DNA from: Bdellovibrionota bacterium
Lineage (GTDB): Bacteria > Bdellovibrionota > UBA1018 > UBA923
DNA: 10,234 nucleotides
Direction: 5' to 3'
NCBI GenBank assembly: GCA_040754655.1
Contig: JBFMCE010000112.1
Span: 1 to 10,234 of the forward strand
This document shows, piece after piece, positions 5,747-10,234 of this stretch. The translations under genes were made by a program, and so were the position numbers. The notes under the pieces were generated by a model. The model searched no databases and had not been told where the DNA came from. It saw only the letters and a list, made by a program, of their open reading frames with translations. Position 1 is the first letter of the stretch, and every line of letters begins with the position of its first letter.

Positions 5747-6973
5747 TTATTCCAATCCTTGCAAAGTCACAGTGAGGCCTGAGTTTTCTCTTTGCTTCAT
5801 TGTTTCTAAGAAGGCATTGATGTTTGGATAGAAGTCAGGATCATAAAGTTTGGTCGCGTTTTGTAGGCTCACCTGTTCTTTCGACGACATTCCCTCAAGC
5901 ACGATATTGATTTTCTTGATGCCCAATTCGCGCAGGCAATCTGCGCTGGGCCACTCGTCAAAGGGAGCGGTTGAGTCTAGGCCATGAATGTCTTGAATGA
6001 CGAGATAGTTATTGAAGGCTGGGGATTCATCAGCAAGCAGTTCTTCTAAAATTGGAGTCGGATAGTAACCACTATAAAGTTCCAATAATGAAGTATCGGC
6101 TAAGAATGCTCCACTTATTTTGCTCTGTTCGACTGCTGCTGCGGAAAGATCAACAATGACCTGCTGGCTTTCAATGATCAGACTCACTTTCGCAAGTTTC
6201 TGTTTTAACTTGGTGATGATAGCGGCTATCTCTGCGGGGAGATCGGTCTGTGCCGGGTATTGCTTTTGGATAAGGTTCTCAATTTCTGCAATTTCTTCCT
6301 TCATCTTAGAGTATTGTTTTTTTAATGCTTCAAGTTTTTTTTGTGCCTTATAGAGAGACGCGAGATCTTCGGATCTTTTCTTTGAAGAGAAAGAGTGGGC
6401 GTCCTTTTGGGTCGGCAATCCTAGAAACCCGCAACGCGGATTGGGTTGAGTGAGAAAGAAGTCTGTGGCATGCGCCTCGCCGACATAGATGATGGTGAGT
6501 TCGTCTTCTTTCACGTCACGATGGTGCGTTTTCATGCGTTCGCGCATTCCAAGCATGCGTTTATGGCCTTCTCCGGGCGCAATTGCGCTCAATTGATTCG
6601 CGGCAGAATCTAATAGAAATCGGCGCAAAGATGCTGAGTGGTAGTCGACATCCATAATTTCTCGAATTTTTTCAGACTTGAAGTACGGGAACCTGTCTTT
6701 GCGAGTCACTGCGTTTCTAATTTCTTCGGGCGAATGGCTCTGTTGATTTGTTTTTCTGATTGCAGTCCATGGGGATGCACCGATGTACTTCCTGTTCCAA
6801 TTCTCAATCGACGCTGTGCAACTGGGGCTGAGTTTGCGCTCAACGAAAGGTGTCCTCATACTAGTTGCAGCGTTTTCCTGGGCAAACGCATGGATGCAGC
6901 TAAGAATCGCGATCAGAGTGACAAAGATCGTAGAAAACGTATACTGTTTAGACAGTAAGACGTAGTTAAACAC
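5747..6973 (-). CDS. Secreted hypothetical protein with coiled-coil insert and His/acidic motifs, 408 aa
   Basis: Long ORF (track 5747-7000). The in-frame GTG 6973-6971 has a GAGGAG SD (6986-6981) 7 nt upstream and gives a normal-length signal peptide ending AFA|QE. Motifs IIYVGEAH, LVIQDIHG, LRELGIKKINIVLEG, LTVTLQGLE. Heptad-rich segment at about 6130-6380. Confidence 0.8.
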   Translation of the reverse strand: MFNYVLLSKQYTFSTIFVTLIAILSCIHAFAQENAATSMRTPFVERKLSPSCTASIENWNRKYIGASPWTAIRKTNQQSHSPEEIRNAVTRKDRFPYFKSEKIREIMDVDYHSASLRRFLLDSAANQLSAIAPGEGHKRMLGMRERMKTHHRDVKEDELTIIYVGEAHATDFFLTQPNPRCGFLGLPTQKDAHSFSSKKRSEDLASLYKAQKKLEALKKQYSKMKEEIAEIENLIQKQYPAQTDLPAEIAAIITKLKQKLAKVSLIIESQQVIVDLSAAAVEQSKISGAFLADTSLLELYSGYYPTPILEELLADESPAFNNYLVIQDIHGLDSTAPFDEWPSADCLRELGIKKINIVLEGMSSKEQVSLQNATKLYDPDFYPNINAFLETMKQRENSGLTVTLQGLE

Positions 6974-7011
6974 CTGATTTCTCCTCAAAACTCTCTTCAA
7001 TAAATGAGAAG

Positions 7012-7027
7012 TTCAAGTTGCGTGCCG
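7012..7027 (-). promoter_or_regulatory. Sigma54 (RpoN)-like -24/-12 promoter
   Basis: Minus strand reads CGGCACG-CAAC-TTGAA versus consensus TGGCACG-N4-TTGCW, with exact spacing and a GC-to-GA variant at -12. Predicted start site is about 7001, just upstream of the SD at 6986-6981. Confidence 0.55.
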
Positions 7028-7052
7028 CGATAGGCGGGGTACCTCGGATACG

Positions 7053-8132
7053 CTATTTCCTTGATCCTCTTCCTCGTGTGTCGATCCATACGGCGGCGAT
7101 GATGATGAGTCCCTTGATCACTTTTTGATAAAACTCGGTGATGTTGAGCAAACTCATGCCGTTGTTGATTACACCGATAAGGAAAGCACCCAAGACCGTG
7201 CCTCCGATGCTGCCTGAGCCGCCGCTAAGGCGTGTTCCGCCGATCACGACCGCGGCGATGGCGTCGAGTTCAAAGAGATCACCTGCGGTGGGCATCGCGC
7301 CGTTGAGACGCGCGGCAAGGATTGCGCCTGATAGCCCTGAAAGCGTGCCCATCAAGACATACACCCCAAGAGTCGTGCGACTCACGGGTATCCCTGAGAG
7401 AAATGCGGCGTCTGGGTTACTACCTGTTGCGATCACATAACGGCCATAGACAGTGTTCTGCAAAACAAAGTGGGCGACAAGCGCAAGGCCCAAGAAAATA
7501 AGCACAGGCACCGGTGCGCCACGATAGCCCGTGAATACATAAACAAAAACCGCCCCTACTAAAAGAGTGAGCACGATAGAGAGCTTGTTGCGCGCGGCAA
7601 GAGCGCTCCCTAAAGCCACCAGGGCAACCAGCACGGCAAGCACGGCTGAGAAGGTTTGTTCCAAGTACCCTTGGCCAAAAAAGTTGAAGGCCTCGCCTAG
7701 AGGAGCGACGGCTGCTCCATTTGAGAAAATGAGCGCTAGCCCGCGGGCGATCACCATGAGTCCTAGCGTAATGATAAAAGGCACAACCTTGGTTTTGACG
7801 ATTAATAGGCCATTAAAGAGCCCGCAAAGAAAACCCACGCCTGTCGCCACTGACATCGCTATTAGCGCTTGAGACAAGGTTTGATCCGCGGTGCCCATGC
7901 TCACCTGAACAAGACCCGCCACGATGCCAGCAAGCGCCACTACGCTGCCTACGCTCAAGTCGATGCCCCCGGTCAAGATGACATAAGTCATGCCCACTGA
8001 GAGAATGCCGTTGATGCTCACCTGACGACACAGATTGGTGAGATTTCTAGCCGAGAAGAAATCGCCTTGGGTGGCGATTCCAACCACTAAAACCGTTACG
8101 GCGAAGATAAGCAAAGAGATGTATTTGCGCAT
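7053..8132 (-). CDS. xylH: Monosaccharide ABC transporter permease (XylH/RbsC family), 359 aa
   Basis: Multi-TM protein with GMTYVILTGGIDLSVGS, PFIITLG, YGRYVIATGSNPDAAFLSGI, ELDAIAAVVIGG, IKGLIIIAAVWID. Lies 3 nt downstream of the ATPase gene. Substrate uncertain. Confidence 0.92.
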   Translation of the reverse strand: MRKYISLLIFAVTVLVVGIATQGDFFSARNLTNLCRQVSINGILSVGMTYVILTGGIDLSVGSVVALAGIVAGLVQVSMGTADQTLSQALIAMSVATGVGFLCGLFNGLLIVKTKVVPFIITLGLMVIARGLALIFSNGAAVAPLGEAFNFFGQGYLEQTFSAVLAVLVALVALGSALAARNKLSIVLTLLVGAVFVYVFTGYRGAPVPVLIFLGLALVAHFVLQNTVYGRYVIATGSNPDAAFLSGIPVSRTTLGVYVLMGTLSGLSGAILAARLNGAMPTAGDLFELDAIAAVVIGGTRLSGGSGSIGGTVLGAFLIGVINNGMSLLNITEFYQKVIKGLIIIAAVWIDTRGRGSRK

Positions 8133-8135
8133 AAT

Positions 8136-9668
8136 TTACACACTCGCAGCATGCATGATTTTCTCAGGATCAAATTCGGCTTTTTCAAACTGACCACGCA
8201 CCTGGCCTTGGCAAAGCACAACGACTCGGTCACTCAAACCCAACAGCTCTGGCATCTCGCTTGAGATCAGAAGAATTCCAACCCCGCTTGCAGCCAAGTT
8301 CGCCATGATATCGTAGATCTCAAGCTTAGCCCCGATATCAACGCCTCGGGTGGGTTCGTCGAGGATGAGAAGCTTGGGTTGCAGGGCCAAGCATTTGGCC
8401 AGGGCAACTTTTTGCTGATTGCCACCGCTGTACACGCCGACTTCGGCATGCAAACCCGGACCTCGCACTTTGAGGTCCGCAGCAAGTTTTTTAATCAAGC
8501 TGTGTTCTTGAGTTCGTCTTAAAACTCCAAATGCGTTCGAGAGTTTATCGAGCACCGTGATCGTCATGTTCTCTGAAGCCGGGCGGTTTAACATCAAGCC
8601 CGTGCCTTTTCGGTCTTCCGTCAATAAAGCGACATGGGAGGCTTGAGCTTTAGCGGGCTCATTCCAAAGAATGGTTTCACCGTTGTATTTTACTGATCCC
8701 CGAACTTCAAACGATTCATGGTGCGGGGCTTTTTTCCCAAAATAACCAAAGACCGTCAGAGCAAGCTCTGAACGGCCTGCGCCCATCAGACCCCCTAAAC
8801 CCAAGATCTCACCGGGAAACAGCTGAAACGAAGCTCCTTTGACCAGGTGTTTCCCGGACTGTTTGTCGAGCAGGCTTAAACTTTCAACTTCGAGCAGAGG
8901 AGTTTTTTTCTCTGCTGATCGCGCGCGATTGGGGTAAATGTGGGTCACGTCTCGGCCCACCATCCATCGAATGATCTTGTCGCGGTCAAGGTTTTTCACT
9001 TGGTCGACACCCGCAATGATTCCATCACGAAGCACCACGACTCGGTCTGCGACCTTTGCGATTTCTTCCATCCGGTGAGAGACGTAGAACACAGCCTTGC
9101 CTTGCGTTTTGAGGTCTTTCAAGAGTTCAAAGAGCCTTACTACCTCGGGTTCCGTAAGGGCCGAGGTAGGTTCATCCATGATGAGCACTGAAGCATTTGA
9201 TCGCAAGGCTCGTGCGATTTCCACGAGTTGGCAAAGACCAGTGCGAAGATCGGCTACTTTAGCTCTTGCATCCACTTTGAATCGAAGCTGGTCGAGGTAG
9301 CGTTGAGCCTCGTCGAAAACCTTTGGCCATGGGATATGCAAGGCATGTTTTGATTTGATCTCTTCAAGCAAAAGATTTTCGGCTACCGTGAGCTCAGGAA
9401 AGAGTCCAAGCTCTTGGTGAATCATCGCGATGCCTGCGCGTTTGGCGTCGGGTACGCCCTTGAAAGAAACTTCTTGGTTCTTGATCAAGACTTGACCTGC
9501 GTAAGAGCCCTGCGGATAAACCCCGGCTAAAATGCGCATGAGCGTCGATTTGCCCGCGCCATTTTCGCCCATCAGGGCTACGACTTCGCCGGGAGACACT
9601 TGCAAAGAGACATCGGTGAGCACCTTGTGTTCACCGAATGCCTTTGAGACCGACTGGAATGCAATCAT
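8136..9668 (-). CDS. xylG: Monosaccharide ABC transporter ATP-binding protein (double-domain CUT2, XylG-like), 510 aa
   Basis: Walker A GENGAGKST, XylG-like YPQGSYAG, IHQEL Q-loop, QLVEIARAL, MDEPT, SHRMEE. Second half has GLMGAGRSE, EDRK, SGGNQQK, LDEPTRGVDIGAK, ISSEMPEL. Confidence 0.95.
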   Translation of the reverse strand: MIAFQSVSKAFGEHKVLTDVSLQVSPGEVVALMGENGAGKSTLMRILAGVYPQGSYAGQVLIKNQEVSFKGVPDAKRAGIAMIHQELGLFPELTVAENLLLEEIKSKHALHIPWPKVFDEAQRYLDQLRFKVDARAKVADLRTGLCQLVEIARALRSNASVLIMDEPTSALTEPEVVRLFELLKDLKTQGKAVFYVSHRMEEIAKVADRVVVLRDGIIAGVDQVKNLDRDKIIRWMVGRDVTHIYPNRARSAEKKTPLLEVESLSLLDKQSGKHLVKGASFQLFPGEILGLGGLMGAGRSELALTVFGYFGKKAPHHESFEVRGSVKYNGETILWNEPAKAQASHVALLTEDRKGTGLMLNRPASENMTITVLDKLSNAFGVLRRTQEHSLIKKLAADLKVRGPGLHAEVGVYSGGNQQKVALAKCLALQPKLLILDEPTRGVDIGAKLEIYDIMANLAASGVGILLISSEMPELLGLSDRVVVLCQGQVRGQFEKAEFDPEKIMHAASV

Positions 9669-9674
9669 CTTTAG

Positions 9675-10234
9675 TCAGTTGCCATAAACGGCTTTTTTAG
9701 GATGAAAGCCGGTCGAGATGATTTGTTTTTCGAGGTTCTTCTTGGTAACCGCGAAAACGGGCGTGTTCGCAGTCTTTACTTTGCCCGCGCCGTTCTCAAC
9801 CAGCGTGTCTGCCGCGGGAACGGAGTCTTTGGTTGCGAGAGCATAAGCGATTCGCGCGGCTTTCTCTGCCATGTCGCTGATCGAGATCATTACTTCGAAC
9901 TGTTGCTTGCCGGAGACGATATCGCGAATCGCGGTTAGGTCCGCGTCAGCGCCGGCAACGAAGACTTTGCCGGTGAGTTTTCTCTCGGCCAAGGCTTGAA
10001 TCGCGCCATGAGCCATGCCTGAGTTGTTCGCGATGATGGCAGCGATGTTGTCTTTGTATTTGGCCAGCGCGTTCTCGGTAGTGGCCATCGCTAGGTTTGG
10101 AGACCACGCATGGTGGTATTGTTTGACCACTACTTTCACATTCGGGTGTTTTTCCAAGACCTTCATGATCCCGCGCGTTCGCGCTTCCGCGACGCTGTGG
10201 CCCGCCTGTCCCATGAGCAGGACGAAGTTCCCTT
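9675..10234 (-). CDS. xylF: Sugar ABC substrate-binding protein (XylF-like), 5'-truncated by the window edge
   Basis: The frame stays open past ATG 10214 to the edge (GNFVLL-MGQAG...), so 10214 is internal. Segments resemble E. coli XylF: GNFVLLMG, MKVL, AWSP, ENAL, GAIQAL...LTGKV...GADADL, GFH near the C-terminus. The ligand is probably not plain D-xylose (see findings). Confidence 0.88.
   Translation of the reverse strand, partial: GNFVLLMGQAGHSVAEARTRGIMKVLEKHPNVKVVVKQYHHAWSPNLAMATTENALAKYKDNIAAIIANNSGMAHGAIQALAERKLTGKVFVAGADADLTAIRDIVSGKQQFEVMISISDMAEKAARIAYALATKDSVPAADTLVENGAGKVKTANTPVFAVTKKNLEKQIISTGFHPKKAVYGN

Noticed and set aside
6974..7000. TTG 7000 as the start of the secreted orphan
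   Set aside because: It has no SD and coincides with the predicted TSS; GTG 6973 has a well-spaced GAGGAG.
7024..7036. CCGC-n5-GCGG hairpin as the terminator of the ABC operon
   Set aside because: Only a 4-bp stem with no U-tract.
8136..9668. Degenerate first signature motif and second Walker A in the ATPase as a novelty
   Set aside because: This asymmetry is normal for CUT2-family double-domain sugar ATPases.
1293..9938. Remaining short (60-125 aa) track ORFs nested in or antisense to the main CDS
   Set aside because: No recognisable motifs; each lies within or almost wholly within a well-supported gene, as expected for chance ORFs.
10212..10214. ATG 10214 as the start of a 179-aa binding protein
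   Set aside because: The frame stays open to the window edge and aligns to the middle of XylF; the true start lies outside the window.

Overview
Ordinary-looking bacterial chromosomal window with nine CDS and no rRNA, tRNA, CRISPR or mobile element that I can see. The gene style suggests a Bdellovibrionota/deltaproteobacterial-type genome (inference only). Left to right: (1) a secreted hypothetical protein on the minus strand (896 to <1) that the ORF track missed because it runs off the window, with two pairs of internal repeats; (2) a stand-alone 3-hydroxyacyl-CoA dehydrogenase; (3) a convergently overlapping AttH/CrtC-type lipocalin-like protein that lacks most family-conserved motif residues; (4) a probable lipoprotein of seven delta-60 (DUF5122) repeats; (5) a small Cys-rich modular lipoprotein with a probable leaderless sigma70 promoter; (6) an orphan secreted protein with His/acidic motifs and a coiled-coil insert, preceded by a sigma54-like promoter and better started at GTG 6973; (7-9) the distal part of an xylFGH-like sugar ABC operon whose binding protein has changed several xylose-contacting residues. 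I cannot demonstrate a new multi-gene system here. The best leads are the orphan secreted putative metalloenzyme, the degenerate AttH-like protein, the missed repeat protein and the altered XylF pocket. All family assignments come from motif recognition by eye, not from searches.
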